Shown here one piece after another: positions 30,340 through 41,414 of a DNA stretch of 64,000 bases. The stretch comes from an uncultured Actinomycetes bacterium (GTDB lineage: Bacteria > Actinomycetota > Thermoleophilia > UBA2241): NCBI GenBank assembly GCA_963783865.1, contig CAWAPD010000002.1, forward strand, positions 198,415 through 262,414. The letters run 5' to 3'. Made by a program: the position numbers and the translations under genes. The notes beneath the pieces are model-generated. The model was given only the letters and a program-made list of their open reading frames with translations. It did no database searches and was not told the origin of the DNA. How positions within the stretch are numbered: position 1 is the stretch's first letter; each line of letters begins with the position of its first letter.

Positions 30340-30650
30340 CAGCCGCGCATCCTCGAGGCCTCGTCCACGTCGAGCGTGCCGAGCAAACGGCGCAGGAGCA
30401 GGGCGAGGGCCAGGCCGACGGCCACCTCGGCGGCCGCCATGGTCAGCACGAAGAGGAACATGACCTGGCCGTCGGCCTGGCCCCAGCGCGCCCCGGCGGC
30501 GACGAACGCCAGGCCGGTGGCGTTGACCATCACCTCGATGGAGGCGAGCACGAAGATCAGGTTGCGGCGCACGAGCACGCCGACCAGGCCGATGGCGAAC
30601 AGGATGCCGGCGACGACCAGCGCCAAGTCGACGGGGATGTGACCGTTCAC
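30339..30650 (-). CDS. nuoK: NADH-quinone oxidoreductase subunit K
   Basis: 103 aa, 3 TM; GTG start overlapping nuoJ stop (GTGA). Confidence 0.85.
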   Translation of the reverse strand: MNGHIPVDLALVVAGILFAIGLVGVLVRRNLIFVLASIEVMVNATGLAFVAAGARWGQADGQVMFLFVLTMAAAEVAVGLALALLLRRLLGTLDVDEASRMRG

Positions 30651-31240
30651 GCCGGCACCTCCACGTCGCGGGCGAGGTCCTCGCTGCTTGACGGCGCCTC
30701 GCCGGGTCCGGCCGCCGTGTCGCCCGCGGTCGCCGCGTCGCGCAGCGTCTCCTCGTCGCGCAGGCGCCGCTGGCCGAGGTGGCGGGCCCCGATCAGGGCC
30801 GCGAACAGCAGCATCGATGCCAGCTCGACGCCGAGCGCGTAGGCGCCGAACAGGGTCGCCCCGACCGCGCCCGGACCGACGGTCGCGACGGCGGCGCCGC
30901 GGTTGCCGCCGCTCAGCAGGAAGATCAGCTCGACGACCAGCACGATGCCCAGCACCACCGGCCCCACCCACATCGACGGCCGGATGCGCAGATGCTCGAC
31001 GACCTCGCCGCCGAGGTCGAGCAGCATGACGGCGAACAGGATCAGCACGACGATCGCGCCGGCGTAGATGATCACCTCGAGCGCGGCCACGAACGGCGCC
31101 CCGAGCGTGTAGAACATGACGGCGACGGCGAGCAGCGACACCACGAGGTACAGCAGCGCGTGCACGGCGCTGCGGCGCGTGATCACCATCGCGGTGGCGA
31201 ACACCGCCACGATCGACGAGATGACGAAGACCGTCTCCAC
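30647..31240 (-). CDS. nuoJ: NADH-quinone oxidoreductase subunit J
   Basis: 197 aa, 5 TM, acidic C-terminal tail. Confidence 0.85.
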   Translation of the reverse strand: METVFVISSIVAVFATAMVITRRSAVHALLYLVVSLLAVAVMFYTLGAPFVAALEVIIYAGAIVVLILFAVMLLDLGGEVVEHLRIRPSMWVGPVVLGIVLVVELIFLLSGGNRGAAVATVGPGAVGATLFGAYALGVELASMLLFAALIGARHLGQRRLRDEETLRDAATAGDTAAGPGEAPSSSEDLARDVEVPA

Positions 31241-31256
31241 GCTCAGTCCCCACCGC

Positions 31257-31823
31257 TCACGGCAGCAGCCCCCGCAGGTCGCCGGGCGGCTGCTCCCGCT
31301 CGGCCTCGCCCTTGCCCTTGCCGCCGATGGCGACCCCGGCCACGCGCCAGAAGTCGTAGTCGTGGTACTTGCCGGGCCCGTCGATCAGCAGGTCCTCCTT
31401 CTCGTAGACGAGGTTGGCGCGGGCGTACTCGCTCATCTCCATGTCGGGGGTGAGCTGGATCGCGTACGTCGGACACGCCTCCTCGCAGAAGCCGCAGAAG
31501 ATGCAGCGGCTGAAGTTGATGCGGAACCAGGCGGGATAGCGGCGGCCCGTCTCGTCCTGCGTCGCCTGCAGGGCGATGCAGTCGACCGGACAGGCCGCCG
31601 AGCACAGGTAGCAGGCCACGCAGCGCTCGCCGCCGTCGGGGTCGCGAGAGAGGATGATCCGGGCCCGATAGCGCGGCGGCGTGTACATGATCTCGTCGGG
31701 GTACTGGATCGTGGCCCGGCCGGCGCCGGCGTGAGTGAGCACGACCCAGATGCCGGCCAGCGGGCTGGCCAGCCAGCGCCACCCACGGCGCCACGCCCCG
31801 GGCCGGTCGCCGCCGACCCTCAC
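31257..31823 (-). CDS. nuoI: NADH-quinone oxidoreductase subunit I (2×[4Fe-4S])
   Basis: …[16 protein letters not shown]… and …[16 protein letters not shown]…; GTG start overlapping nuoH stop (GTGA). Confidence 0.9.
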   Translation of the reverse strand: MRVGGDRPGAWRRGWRWLASPLAGIWVVLTHAGAGRATIQYPDEIMYTPPRYRARIILSRDPDGGERCVACYLCSAACPVDCIALQATQDETGRRYPAWFRINFSRCIFCGFCEEACPTYAIQLTPDMEMSEYARANLVYEKEDLLIDGPGKYHDYDFWRVAGVAIGGKGKGEAEREQPPGDLRGLLP

Positions 31824-32845
31824 GGCGCGCTCCTGGCCACGACGACCGCCCCGACCACCAGCAGGTTCAGCAGCGAGACGGGCAGCATCACCTTCCAGCC
31901 CAGTTGCATGAGCTGGTCGTAGCGCGGCCGCGGGAATGTGCCGCGCACCACGACGAAGAACGCCAGGAACAGGATCGTCTTCAGCAGGAACCATACGATC
32001 GGCGGCAGCCACGGTCCCAGCCAGCCCCCGAAGAACAGAACGACGATCAGCGCCGAGATCAGCCCCAGGGCCGCGTACTCGCCGACGAAGAACATGCCGA
32101 ACTTCATGCCCGAGTACTCGGTGTGGAAGCCGGCCACGAGCTCGCTCTCGGCCTCGGTCAGGTCGAACGGCAGACGGCGCGTCTCGCCCAGGCCGGCCAG
32201 GATGAACACGATGAAGGCCGGGAACTGCGGCACCACGTACCAGAGGCCGCGCTGGGCCTCGACGATGTCGACCAGGCGGAACGAGCCGGCCAGCACCACG
32301 ACGCCGACCAGCGAGAGCCCCATGAAGACCTCGTAGCTGACCATCTGCGCCGCCGCCCGCAGGCCGCCGACGAGCGGGTACTTGCTGTGCGACGACCAGC
32401 CGGCGAGCACGACGCTGTAGACCGCCAGCGACGACATCCCGAGGAAGAAGAGCAGCCCCACGTCGAGGTCGGCGACGACGATCCGGCGCGTGAACGGCAC
32501 GACCGTGAACGAGAGCAGCACCGCGACCATCACGATGCCGGGGGCGAGGATGAACACCGCCCGGTCGGCGAACGGCGGCACCCAGTCCTCCTTGGTGAAG
32601 ATCTTCACCGTGTCGGCGACCACCTGCAGCAGGCCGCCCCAGCCGACGCGGTTGGGGCCGTAGCGGTCCTGCACCAGGCCGAGCAGGCGGCGCTCGAACC
32701 AGATCATGCCGGCGGCCATGTTGAGCGCCACGAACAGCACGAAGGCGACGATCAGCAGCTGCCAGTACCAGGCGGTGACGGCGACGGTCACCGGCAGGGC
32801 GAGCGCCGGCGGGGCGGCGGCGATGAGCGCCGTCACGGCGCTCAT
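31820..32845 (-). CDS. nuoH: NADH-quinone oxidoreductase subunit H
   Basis: …[19 protein letters not shown]…, …[21 protein letters not shown]…; ATG overlapping nuoG stop (ATGA). Confidence 0.9.
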   Translation of the reverse strand: MSAVTALIAAAPPALALPVTVAVTAWYWQLLIVAFVLFVALNMAAGMIWFERRLLGLVQDRYGPNRVGWGGLLQVVADTVKIFTKEDWVPPFADRAVFILAPGIVMVAVLLSFTVVPFTRRIVVADLDVGLLFFLGMSSLAVYSVVLAGWSSHSKYPLVGGLRAAAQMVSYEVFMGLSLVGVVVLAGSFRLVDIVEAQRGLWYVVPQFPAFIVFILAGLGETRRLPFDLTEAESELVAGFHTEYSGMKFGMFFVGEYAALGLISALIVVLFFGGWLGPWLPPIVWFLLKTILFLAFFVVVRGTFPRPRYDQLMQLGWKVMLPVSLLNLLVVGAVVVARSAP

Positions 32846-35640
32846 CGCCGCCGCCCCCTGCGCCGCACCGTGATCGTCGCCCACGCCGGCACGGGCATGC
32901 CGTCAAGGCCGGGCAGCCCGACCGGCAGCCCGGCGCAGCCGGGCGGCAGGTCGGCCATGACGCGCAGCGGCAGCACGCGCCGCGCCGTGTCGGTGCGCAC
33001 GACCAGCCAGCGGCCCTCACGCGCCCGCAGCGCCGCGGCGTCTTCGGGACGCAGCGCCACGTAGGGCGCCGGCGCCCGTTCGGCGATGCCGGGCGTCATC
33101 AGGCTGAGGCGCTCCGAGCCGAACAGGTGGTGGATCGGCAGCAGCTGCAGCCGGCCGGGAGGCGGCTCGAAGGCGGGCGGCACGTCGCCGTAGGCGGCTC
33201 GCCGGCCGCCCGCCTCGATCAGCCGCCTCCCGGCCGGCCCGCCGCGCAGCGGTCCTCCGACCTCCTGCTGGAACCGGTGCAGGCTGTTCACCGAGTTCCA
33301 GCCCGGCGCCCAGGCGTTGGGCAGCAAGGCGCCGGGCACCTCGGGGCCCCGCGCGCCCTCGAGCGTGAAGGCGAGCGGCGAATCGGGATCGCCGGGGATC
33401 GGGCGCTCGTACACGTCCGCGTCGGCGTGAAGCGCGGTCCGTCCGCTCCAGCCGAAGGGCTGGCGGGCCACGCGCGCGCCGGCCACGCGGTAGCCGGCCG
33501 GCGGCGCCGCCTCGTCGACGCCGGCGAACTGCGGCAGCTCGGCCGCCAGGTCCCGCGCGGCGTCGTCGACCGCCTGCCAGCGCTCGCCCTCCGGGCGCTC
33601 GAGCCAGCTCAGCAGGTCGAGCAGCCAGCGCCAGGCGTCGCGCGCCTCGCCCGGGGCGGGCAGCACGGCGTAGAACCGCTGGGCTCGCCCCTCGTTGTTC
33701 ACGAACGTGCCGGTGGACTCGGCCCACGTCGCCGCCGGCAGGACCGCCTCGGCCCGCGACGCCGTGCGGTCGCGGAAGGTCGCCACCGAGATCAGGTGCG
33801 GACAGGCCGCGATCAGCTCGCGCGCGTCCTCGACCGGCAGGCTGCGGAACAGGTCGTCGAGCACGATCGCACAGTCGGCTTCGCCGGCGCGCAGGGCGGC
33901 CGCCGCCTCTGTCAGGGGGCGGCCGCCGAGCAGACCCAGCCCCACGCTGTTCGCCGCGGGCGCCGTCAGCAGCAGACGCGGCACGTCGGCGCCGCCGGGC
34001 AGGGACCAGGCGAGCGTCGCCGCCGCCTTGAGCAGCGCCTCGCTGCCGGCCGAGGCGCCGGCCACGATCAGCGGCCGCTCGGCGCCGCGCAGCAGCTCGA
34101 CGAGCGAGGCGGCGCGGCGCCGCAGCGCGGGCGAGAGCCCGCGCACCCGCGGCGCCGCGCCGCCCGGGCCGCCGAGCTCGTGGGCGGCCGCGAACGCGAC
34201 CCGCGCCAGCTCGTCGGGCGGCGCCTGCCACGCCTCGCGGGCCAGCTCATCGAGGGCGCCCGGACGCGTGCCGGCGACGATCAGCAGGCTGGGCTCGACC
34301 CGCTTGAAGCGGCCGATCCCGGCGTCGTTCCAGCGCCGGATGTGGTTGCGCACCTCGCCGGCGGTCGGCCGCAGGCGGTACCACGTGCGGATCGCCAGCT
34401 CGACCATCGGCGCCGTGTCGGCCAGGTCCTCGCCGAGAACGACGACGGCGTCGGCGTCGCCCACGTCGCGCAACGAGGCCGTCCGGCAAGCGCCGTCGCG
34501 CATGATCTCGAGCTGCAGGCCGACCAGGCGCTCGTCCTGCGCCGACATGCCCGAGAAGAACCGCTCGGCGCCCACCAGGGTGCGCAGGGCGTAGTTGGCC
34601 TCGAGCGAGAGGCGCGGCGAGCCGATGCCGATCGCCGGGCCGCGCCGCAGACGGGCCGCAACGTGGGCCAGCGCGTCGCCCGTCGCGGCGGGCAGCAGGT
34701 CGCGCGCCGGGGCCTTGCCCGGCACGACGCGCCCTTCGGCCCGCCGCAGGAGCGGCCGGCGCAGGCGCAGCGGCGAGTTCACGAACTCGTACCCGTAGCG
34801 GCCGCGGTCGCAGAGCCAGTCGCCGTTCACGGACTCGTTGTAGCGCGCGCGCATGCGGCGCAGCTCGCCGGCGCGCGCGCCCGGCCACACCCCGCACCCC
34901 AGGCTGCAGTGCGGGCACACCGAGGGCGCCGACTGCAGGTCCCACTTGCGCGTGTAGCGCGGCAGCAGCGTCTTGTCGTCGAACACCCCGGTCGGGCAGA
35001 CCTCGACCAGGTTGCCGCTGAACGGGCTCTCGAGCGTGCCGTCGCGGTCGCGGCCGAAGTACAGGCGGTCGCGGATGCCGAAGACGCCGAAATCGCGGCC
35101 GCCGGCGTAGTCGTTGTAGAAGCGGGTGCACCGGTAGCACGAGATGCAGCGGTTCATCTCGTGCGTGACGAACGGGCCGAGGTCCTGATTGGCCCAGGTC
35201 CGCTTGTCGCCGCGGTAGCGACGGCGCACGTGCCCCGTCATGACGGTCATGTCCTGCAGGTGACACTCGCCGCCCTCGTCGCAGACCGGGCAGTCGTGCG
35301 GGTGGCTCATCATCATCAGCTCGATCATGCGGGCCCGGAACCGGCGCGCCTCGTCGTCGTCGATGTCAATGCGCACGCCGTCGGCCGCCTCGGTCATGCA
35401 CGCCATGACGATCTCGCTCTGCTCGCGGCCGTCGCGGCCGACCCAGTGCTGTCTGACGGCGCACTGCCGGCAGGCGCCGATCGAGCCCAGGTGCGGATGC
35501 CAGCAGAAGTACGGCAGGTCGAACCCCAGCGAGAGCGCCACGTCGAGCATGTTGCGGCCCTCTTCTGCGCCGTGCTCGCGGCCATCGATGACGACCGTGA
35601 TCTCGCGGCCCGTGCCGCCGTATGCCGAGGCGCCCTTCAT
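32842..35640 (-). CDS. nuoG: NADH-quinone oxidoreductase subunit G (long form with molybdopterin-like domain)
   Basis: 932 aa; N-terminal 2Fe-2S/4Fe-4S Cys clusters (…[15 protein letters not shown]…, …[10 protein letters not shown]…, …[10 protein letters not shown]…CPTG…). Confidence 0.9.
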   Translation of the reverse strand: MKGASAYGGTGREITVVIDGREHGAEEGRNMLDVALSLGFDLPYFCWHPHLGSIGACRQCAVRQHWVGRDGREQSEIVMACMTEAADGVRIDIDDDEARRFRARMIELMMMSHPHDCPVCDEGGECHLQDMTVMTGHVRRRYRGDKRTWANQDLGPFVTHEMNRCISCYRCTRFYNDYAGGRDFGVFGIRDRLYFGRDRDGTLESPFSGNLVEVCPTGVFDDKTLLPRYTRKWDLQSAPSVCPHCSLGCGVWPGARAGELRRMRARYNESVNGDWLCDRGRYGYEFVNSPLRLRRPLLRRAEGRVVPGKAPARDLLPAATGDALAHVAARLRRGPAIGIGSPRLSLEANYALRTLVGAERFFSGMSAQDERLVGLQLEIMRDGACRTASLRDVGDADAVVVLGEDLADTAPMVELAIRTWYRLRPTAGEVRNHIRRWNDAGIGRFKRVEPSLLIVAGTRPGALDELAREAWQAPPDELARVAFAAAHELGGPGGAAPRVRGLSPALRRRAASLVELLRGAERPLIVAGASAGSEALLKAAATLAWSLPGGADVPRLLLTAPAANSVGLGLLGGRPLTEAAAALRAGEADCAIVLDDLFRSLPVEDARELIAACPHLISVATFRDRTASRAEAVLPAATWAESTGTFVNNEGRAQRFYAVLPAPGEARDAWRWLLDLLSWLERPEGERWQAVDDAARDLAAELPQFAGVDEAAPPAGYRVAGARVARQPFGWSGRTALHADADVYERPIPGDPDSPLAFTLEGARGPEVPGALLPNAWAPGWNSVNSLHRFQQEVGGPLRGGPAGRRLIEAGGRRAAYGDVPPAFEPPPGRLQLLPIHHLFGSERLSLMTPGIAERAPAPYVALRPEDAAALRAREGRWLVVRTDTARRVLPLRVMADLPPGCAGLPVGLPGLDGMPVPAWATITVRRRGRRR

Positions 35641-37031
35641 CGCGCGCCTCCGTCACCGGCGGGCGTGTCCACGCCGGGGGGCGCGGCGGCGGTCGCGGAG
35701 GCGTCGCGGTCGCCTCCGCGGCGACCGCCGCCACGCACCGCCGCCGCGACCGGGTCGATGGTGCCCCTGTGCGGATACGGACAGCCACCTCCGCTGACAT
35801 GGGCCTCGAACTCGTCGGCGAACAGACGCAGCGCCGCCTCGATCGGCTGCGTGGCGCCGGGAGCGTGGTCGCAGAAGCACTTGTCCGAGGCCATGAACCA
35901 GACCTGGTCGGCCAGCAGATCGGTGTCGCCCGGCTCGCCGCGTCCGGCCTCGATGTCCTCCAGCAGCCGGACCGTCCACTGCAGTCCCTCGCGACATGGG
36001 GTGCACCAGCCGCAGGACTCCTGGGCGAAGAACTGCTGCATGTTGAGGAGCATGCCGATCGGGCAGGTGTGGTCGTCGAGGACGACCATCGTGCCGGTGC
36101 CGAGGCGGCTGCCGACCGGGATCATCGACTCGAAGTCCATGACCACGTCGAGGTCGGCGGCCGCCACGAAGGCGGTGGAGGCGCCGCCGGGGACGACGGC
36201 GCGAAGGCCATAGCCTTCGCGCATGCCCCCGGCGGCGCCCTCGATGACCTCGCGCATCGGGGTCCCCATCGGCAGCTCGAAACAGCCGGTGCGGTTCACC
36301 CGGCCGGCGACGGAGTAGATCTTGGTGCCGCCCTCCTCGGTCCGGCCCAGCGAGAGCCACCACTCCGGCCCGTGGGCGACGATCGGCGGCACGCAGCAGA
36401 AGGTCTCGACGTTGTTCACGACCGTCGGCCGCGCCCACAGGCCGGCGCCGGTCATGTGCGGCGGCCGCGCCCGCGGGTTCGCGCGCCGGCCCTCGAGGGC
36501 GCTGAGCATGGCCGAGGCCTCGCCGCAGATGTAGCGGCCGGCGCTCTGGTGGGTGAGGATGTCGAACGACCAGCCCGAGCCGAGGACCTCGCCGCCGAGG
36601 TAGCCGGCCGCCCGCGCCTCGGCGATGGCGACGTCGATGATGGCCAGCGGCCGGTCGTAGTTGGCCCGCATGAAGATGTAGCCCAGCGTCGATTGCGTCG
36701 CGTACCCGGCGAGCAGCATCCCCTCGAGCAGCAGGTGCGGGTTGCGCTCCATCAGGTAGCGGTCCTTGATGCTGGCCGGCTCCATCTCGTCGGCGTTGCA
36801 GACGATGTGCTTGACGGGCGGCGCGTCGGGGCCGAGCGGCATCGTGCTCCACTTGCGGCCGGTCGAGTAGCCGGCGCCGCCGCGGCCGCGCAGCTTGGCC
36901 TCGATCACCATCTGGGTCACGGCGGGCGGCTCGATGCCGGCCAGCGCCTTGCGCAGGCCGGCGTAGCCGCCCGCCGCCACGTACTCGTCGAGGCTCAGCG
37001 CGCGGCCGTCGGCGCGCATCGCGCCGGTCAT
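35637..37031 (-). CDS. nuoF: NADH-quinone oxidoreductase subunit F (FMN, NADH-binding)
   Basis: …RGRGGAGYSTGRKW…, …YICGEASAMLSALEG…, …ESCGWCTPCREG…; start at internal ATG MTGAMRADG…, upstream 130 aa of the six-frame ORF spurious. Confidence 0.9.
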   Translation of the reverse strand: MTGAMRADGRALSLDEYVAAGGYAGLRKALAGIEPPAVTQMVIEAKLRGRGGAGYSTGRKWSTMPLGPDAPPVKHIVCNADEMEPASIKDRYLMERNPHLLLEGMLLAGYATQSTLGYIFMRANYDRPLAIIDVAIAEARAAGYLGGEVLGSGWSFDILTHQSAGRYICGEASAMLSALEGRRANPRARPPHMTGAGLWARPTVVNNVETFCCVPPIVAHGPEWWLSLGRTEEGGTKIYSVAGRVNRTGCFELPMGTPMREVIEGAAGGMREGYGLRAVVPGGASTAFVAAADLDVVMDFESMIPVGSRLGTGTMVVLDDHTCPIGMLLNMQQFFAQESCGWCTPCREGLQWTVRLLEDIEAGRGEPGDTDLLADQVWFMASDKCFCDHAPGATQPIEAALRLFADEFEAHVSGGGCPYPHRGTIDPVAAAVRGGGRRGGDRDASATAAAPPGVDTPAGDGGAR

Positions 37032-37066
37032 GGGCAGCGCCGGCCGCGTCTCGCCGGCCGCGCCGC

Positions 37067-37531
37067 TCACGGGTACAGCTCCAGGATCTCGTCGACCCGC
37101 TCCGGCGTGAGGTCGCCGTGCAGCGTGCCGTCGACCATCATCGCCGGGCCCACATCGCAGGCGCCGAGGCAGACGATCGGCAGCAGCGTGAACCGGTCGT
37201 CGCCGGTCGTCCCGCCGAGCGGCACGCCGAGCCGCCCCTCGAGGTGGGCGCGGATCTCGTCGTAGCCGAGCTCCCAGCAGGCGAAGCTGTCGCAGAGCAG
37301 GACCACGTGGCGGCCGACGGGGTACCGGTAGAGCCCGTTGTAGAAGGTGGTCAGCTGCTCGAGGTCGGCGACGCTGACGCCGAGGTGGGCGGCGACGTCG
37401 CTCAGCGCCTCGTCCGGGAGCCACCGGCGGTGGCTCTGGACGATCTTGAGCGCCGTCGCCGCCCCCGACGACCGCGTCGCGTAGTGCTCGAGCGCGGCGT
37501 CGATCTGCCGGCGTTCCGCGGCGCTCAGCAT
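37067..37531 (-). CDS. nuoE: NADH-quinone oxidoreductase subunit E (2Fe-2S)
   Basis: 154 aa; …VLLCDSFACWELG…LPIVCLGACDVGPAMMV…. Confidence 0.9.
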   Translation of the reverse strand: MLSAAERRQIDAALEHYATRSSGAATALKIVQSHRRWLPDEALSDVAAHLGVSVADLEQLTTFYNGLYRYPVGRHVVLLCDSFACWELGYDEIRAHLEGRLGVPLGGTTGDDRFTLLPIVCLGACDVGPAMMVDGTLHGDLTPERVDEILELYP

Positions 37532-37570
37532 GGCCGCGTCCTCTTCACGACATCCTCTTCATCGCGGCCC

Positions 37571-39352
37571 TCACCGGTCCACGTCGCCCATGACGAAGTC
37601 GAGGCTCCCGAGGATCGTCACCAGGTCGGGGATCTCGAGCCCCCGGCACAGCAGCGGCAGCACCTGCACGTGGGGGAACGACGGCGTGCGGATGCGCGTG
37701 CGGTAGGCGCTCACGCCGCCGTCGCTGACGCAGTAGTACGCGGTGATCCCCTTGCTCCCCTCGATGGGCACCGCCGCCTCGCCGGCCGGGATCACCGGGC
37801 CCCAGCTCACGCCCAGGAAGTGGTCGATCAGCGTCTCGATGTCGTGCATCGTGCGCGGCTCCTTGAGCGGCGGCGTGGTCAGCGCGTGCTCGGCCTTGTA
37901 CGGCCCCGCCGGCATCTGCTCGACGCACTGCTCGATGATGCGCAGGCTCTGGCGCATCTCCTCGACGTGCACCGCCATGCGGTCGTAGCTGTCGCCGGTC
38001 GAGCCGGTCGGCACCTCGAAGTCGAACCACTCGTAGCCGCTGTAGGGCCGCTGCTTGCGCAGGTCCCACTCCAGGCCGGCGGCGCGCAGGACCGGGCCGG
38101 TAAGACCCCACTCGACGGCGTCGCCCTCGCTCACGGCGCCGACGCCGACCATGCGGCTGCGCACGACCCCGTTGCGCATGACCAGCCGGTCGTACTCGTC
38201 GAGCCGCGGCGGCAGCGCCCGCAGCACGTCGCGCACCAGGTCGCGCCAGCCGTCGGGCAGGTCCTGCTGCACGCCGCCGATGCGGAACCAGTTGGGGTGC
38301 ATGCGGCCGCCGGTGATCGGGCCGATGATGTTGTCGAAGATCTGCTCCCTGTCCTCGAACGTGTAGAAGACCGGCGACAGCGCGCCGATGTCCTGCGCCA
38401 GGGTGCCGTAGAAGACGAGGTGGCTGGCGAGGCGGAACGCCTCGCACAGCATGACCCGGATCACCTTGGCGCGGTCGGGCACCTCGATGCCGGCCAGCCG
38501 CTCGACGCTGCTGACGTAGGCGAGGTTGTTGATCACCCCGCTCAGGTAGTCGATGCGGTCGGTGTACGGGATGAACGTGTGCCACGTCTGGCGTTCGGCC
38601 ATCTTCTCGGCGCCGCGGTGGTGGTAGCCGATGTCGGGCACGCAGCTGACGATCTCCTCGTCGTGCAGGCCGACGATCACCCGGAACGGGCCGTGCGTGG
38701 CGCCGTGCTGGGGGCCGATGTTGAGGTACATGACGTGCGGGTCCTCGTCGGAGGTCGGGAGCCCCCACTCCTCGGGCCGGAAGCGAAGCTGGTCCTGCCA
38801 CTCCTCGGCCCGCTCCGGGGGCATCTCGAAGGGCAGCAGCTCCGTGCCGCGCGACGGCGACTCCTTGCGCAGCGGGTGCCCCTCCCACCACGGCGGCATG
38901 AGGATCCGCTTGAGGTTCGGGTGGCCCTCGACGGCGACGCCGAACATGTCCCAGAGCTCACGTTCGTACCAGGCGGCGGCCGGCCAGAGGTCGACGATCG
39001 AGTCGACCGCCGGCCGGCCGCCGCCGAGGGCGACCTTGAGCCGCACGTCGGCGTTGCGCTCGTAGGAGGTCAGCACGTAGAAGACGGTGAAGTCGGCGTC
39101 CGGCTGGCCCTCGCGGTGACGCCGCAGCCGCTCGTCGATGCCCCCCAGGTCGAACAGCGTGCGGAACGGCTGCGGCGCCTCGAGCTTGAGGTAGCGCAAG
39201 ACGTCACGCACGCGCTCGCGCGGCACCCACGCGGTGGGCATGGCGTCGGCCGTCGGCTGCCAGACGAGCTCGAGGTCGGGGAACGCCGCCGCCAGCTCGC
39301 GCTCGACGGGCGGCGTGGCCTGCTGCGTGGCGGGAGCGCCGGCGCCGGCCAT
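37571..39352 (-). CDS. nuoCD: Fused NADH-quinone oxidoreductase subunits C and D
   Basis: Single uninterrupted 593-aa ORF: N-terminal 30-kDa (NuoC) part, C-terminal 49-kDa (NuoD) part (…[12 protein letters not shown]…). Confidence 0.9.
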   Translation of the reverse strand: MAGAGAPATQQATPPVERELAAAFPDLELVWQPTADAMPTAWVPRERVRDVLRYLKLEAPQPFRTLFDLGGIDERLRRHREGQPDADFTVFYVLTSYERNADVRLKVALGGGRPAVDSIVDLWPAAAWYERELWDMFGVAVEGHPNLKRILMPPWWEGHPLRKESPSRGTELLPFEMPPERAEEWQDQLRFRPEEWGLPTSDEDPHVMYLNIGPQHGATHGPFRVIVGLHDEEIVSCVPDIGYHHRGAEKMAERQTWHTFIPYTDRIDYLSGVINNLAYVSSVERLAGIEVPDRAKVIRVMLCEAFRLASHLVFYGTLAQDIGALSPVFYTFEDREQIFDNIIGPITGGRMHPNWFRIGGVQQDLPDGWRDLVRDVLRALPPRLDEYDRLVMRNGVVRSRMVGVGAVSEGDAVEWGLTGPVLRAAGLEWDLRKQRPYSGYEWFDFEVPTGSTGDSYDRMAVHVEEMRQSLRIIEQCVEQMPAGPYKAEHALTTPPLKEPRTMHDIETLIDHFLGVSWGPVIPAGEAAVPIEGSKGITAYYCVSDGGVSAYRTRIRTPSFPHVQVLPLLCRGLEIPDLVTILGSLDFVMGDVDR

Positions 39353-39353
39353 C

Positions 39354-40010
39354 TCAGGCCTCGCTCTCCGGTCGCAGGAAGGTCTCGCGCTGGCGCAGCG
39401 ACCGCTTCAGGTCGCGCAGCGACACGGGCATCGCCTGGTCGACCCGCTGGGCACCCACGGTCCAGCTCGCCGGACGCCGCTCGGCGCCGACCTTCGACCG
39501 CAGCAGGAGGAGGCCCTCCATGAACGAGGTCGGCGACGGTGGACACCCCTGCACGTAGACGTCGACCGGCAGGAACGAGTCGACCCCCTGGACGACGCTG
39601 TAGACGTCGTACATGCCGCCCGAGTTGGCACAGGAGCCCATCGAGATCACCCAGCGCGGCTCCATCATCTGGTCGTAGAGGCGCTGGATCACCGGCGCCA
39701 TCTTCTGGAAGACGGTGCCGGCGACGATCATCACGTCGGCCTCGCGCGGCGAGCTGCGCAGCACCTCGGCGCCGAAGCGCGCGATGTCGTAGCGCGGCGT
39801 GAGGCTGGTCGCCATCTCCACGAAGCAGCAGGACAGCCCGAAGCCGAACGGCCACAGCGAGTTCTTGCGGCCCCAGGCGAGCAGCGACTCGAGCCCGGCG
39901 AGGGCGACGGGCGACGGCGGGCCCCCGGGCCCGCCGCCCGCTTCTTCGGTCGCGAGCCTGGCGAGCGCCTCCACTGTGCGAGACGGATGGTCGGCGCGGC
40001 GCGGTCTCAT
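39354..40010 (-). CDS. nuoB: NADH-quinone oxidoreductase subunit B (N2 cluster)
   Basis: …[14 protein letters not shown]…, …[12 protein letters not shown]…, …GCPP…; ATG overlaps stop of upstream CopC-CopD gene (ATGA). Confidence 0.9.
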   Translation of the reverse strand: MRPRRADHPSRTVEALARLATEEAGGGPGGPPSPVALAGLESLLAWGRKNSLWPFGFGLSCCFVEMATSLTPRYDIARFGAEVLRSSPREADVMIVAGTVFQKMAPVIQRLYDQMMEPRWVISMGSCANSGGMYDVYSVVQGVDSFLPVDVYVQGCPPSPTSFMEGLLLLRSKVGAERRPASWTVGAQRVDQAMPVSLRDLKRSLRQRETFLRPESEA

Positions 40011-41410
40011 TCGCCACCTCCGGAGGCGGACCCCGCTGGCGGCGACGGCGCCCCGGCGGCCGCCCGGGCAGCCACAGGCTGCGGGACGGCGGCCGCCGTC
40101 CTCGCCGTCGCCTGAGCCGCCTTCGGCGCCTTGGCCGGCGCCGACCCGCTCAGGACTGCCGTCACGGCGAGGATCGCGGCCGCGACGGCGATCTCGGCCA
40201 CCACGCTCTGGCGCAGCGGCCGCACGTCACCGCGGCGCCGCACGGCCGGCACCGAGCGGTAGCGGCTCAGGGCGCCGAGCCCCACGATGACGAGCACGAG
40301 CGCGAGCTTGAGCAGCAGCAGCCGGCCGTAGCGCGTGCCGGTCAGCGCCGAGAGCGAGCCGACCTCGACGGCGGCCCGCGCCAGACCGGTCACGATCACG
40401 GCGGCGAGGGCCGCACCGGCCATGGTCGAGAAGCGCGAGACCACCTTCGCGCGCTCGTCGCCGGTGGACCCCCGGATCGCGAGGAGCAGCCATGGCAGAC
40501 CCCCGACCCAGCAGCCGACGGCGAGCAGGTGCACCCACTGCGCGGTCAGGTTGACGAGGCGCGCGGCCGACGGCGCGTCGGCGTGACCGGCGACGACGTG
40601 GGCAAGCATGCCCAGGGCGCCGGTCACGCCGACGGCCAGCAGCCCCCAGCGCCCGGCGCCCAGCTCGAGCGACAGCACGGCGACGCCGCTCAGCAGGACC
40701 AGGGCTCCCAGAGTCACGAGGTTGCGCCCCTCCGCGGTGTCGAACAGCGGCAGCAGGGAGGCCGCCCGGATGAGGGCCTTGTCGGCGTACATCATCACCA
40801 CGACGCCGGCGATCGCCACCAGCCAGGCGGAGCGCAGCAGCACCCGCCCACCCACGGGCAGCTCGCCGCGCAGCGCCACCCAGCAGACCGCGGCCGCCCC
40901 GACCAGCAGCGCCAGGCCGCAGAAGATCAGCCAGCGCCCGACGTCCGAGGCAACCGACACGCCGGCCGAGCCCGGCGAGGGTGGAGCGACGATCACCGGC
41001 GGTGCCGGCACCCGCACCCCGAACGTGAACACGCCGGCTTCGGGGTGCCCGTCAACAGAGATGTTCTGCCAGCTCACCGTGTAGCCGCCCACGGGCAGGG
41101 TCCACCGCAACGGCACCTCGAGCGACAGCGGGTCGCCCGGCGCGCCGATCGCGGCGCCGGCCCCGGCGACGGGTGCGCCGGAGGGCCCGAGGAGCTGCGC
41201 GCTCGAGTGGGTGACGTCGATCGGCTCGGCGAACGTGAGCACGATCACGGCGGGCGACTTCTGGACGGTCGAGCCCGGTGCAGGGGTCGCACCGGTCAGG
41301 TAGGCATGGGCCCATGCCGGACAGGCCGTCAGCCCGAGGACCGCCGCGCAGACGACGACCGCGGCGACCGCCCCGATGCTCCGATGTACGACGCTCCTCG
41401 CTCTCATCAC
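40007..41410 (-). CDS. CopC-CopD fusion copper protein (YcnJ-like): periplasmic CopC cupredoxin-like domain + 8-TM CopD domain
   Basis: Signal peptide ending …AWA|HAYL (His1 Cu site of CopC), …[23 protein letters not shown]… CopC core, CopD region with conserved His (…[15 protein letters not shown]…); GTG/ATG start 4 nt after caa3 subunit I/III stop. Confidence 0.8.
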   Translation of the reverse strand: MMRARSVVHRSIGAVAAVVVCAAVLGLTACPAWAHAYLTGATPAPGSTVQKSPAVIVLTFAEPIDVTHSSAQLLGPSGAPVAGAGAAIGAPGDPLSLEVPLRWTLPVGGYTVSWQNISVDGHPEAGVFTFGVRVPAPPVIVAPPSPGSAGVSVASDVGRWLIFCGLALLVGAAAVCWVALRGELPVGGRVLLRSAWLVAIAGVVVMMYADKALIRAASLLPLFDTAEGRNLVTLGALVLLSGVAVLSLELGAGRWGLLAVGVTGALGMLAHVVAGHADAPSAARLVNLTAQWVHLLAVGCWVGGLPWLLLAIRGSTGDERAKVVSRFSTMAGAALAAVIVTGLARAAVEVGSLSALTGTRYGRLLLLKLALVLVIVGLGALSRYRSVPAVRRRGDVRPLRQSVVAEIAVAAAILAVTAVLSGSAPAKAPKAAQATARTAAAVPQPVAARAAAGAPSPPAGSASGGGE

Positions 41411-41414
41411 ACGC

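Noticed and set aside
33127-36213. 1028-aa plus-strand ORF and nested minus-strand ORFs (33017..34231, 34247..35266, 35653..36852) across nuoG/nuoF
   Set aside because: No iron-sulfur or nucleotide motifs and extreme Arg/Ala/Gly bias. These are artefacts of GC-rich antisense frames.
37118-39523. 801-aa plus-strand ORF and 448-aa minus-strand ORF over nuoCD
   Set aside because: Spurious. nuoCD is supported by continuous conserved motifs.
40007-41410. Initial idea that the ORF upstream of nuoB is nuoA
   Set aside because: The sequence is CopC (His1 site, WxxxSxDGHP…FTF) plus CopD. The genuine nuoA (YESGIDP…RFSIEFY…FDLEVAF) was found at 48872-49264.
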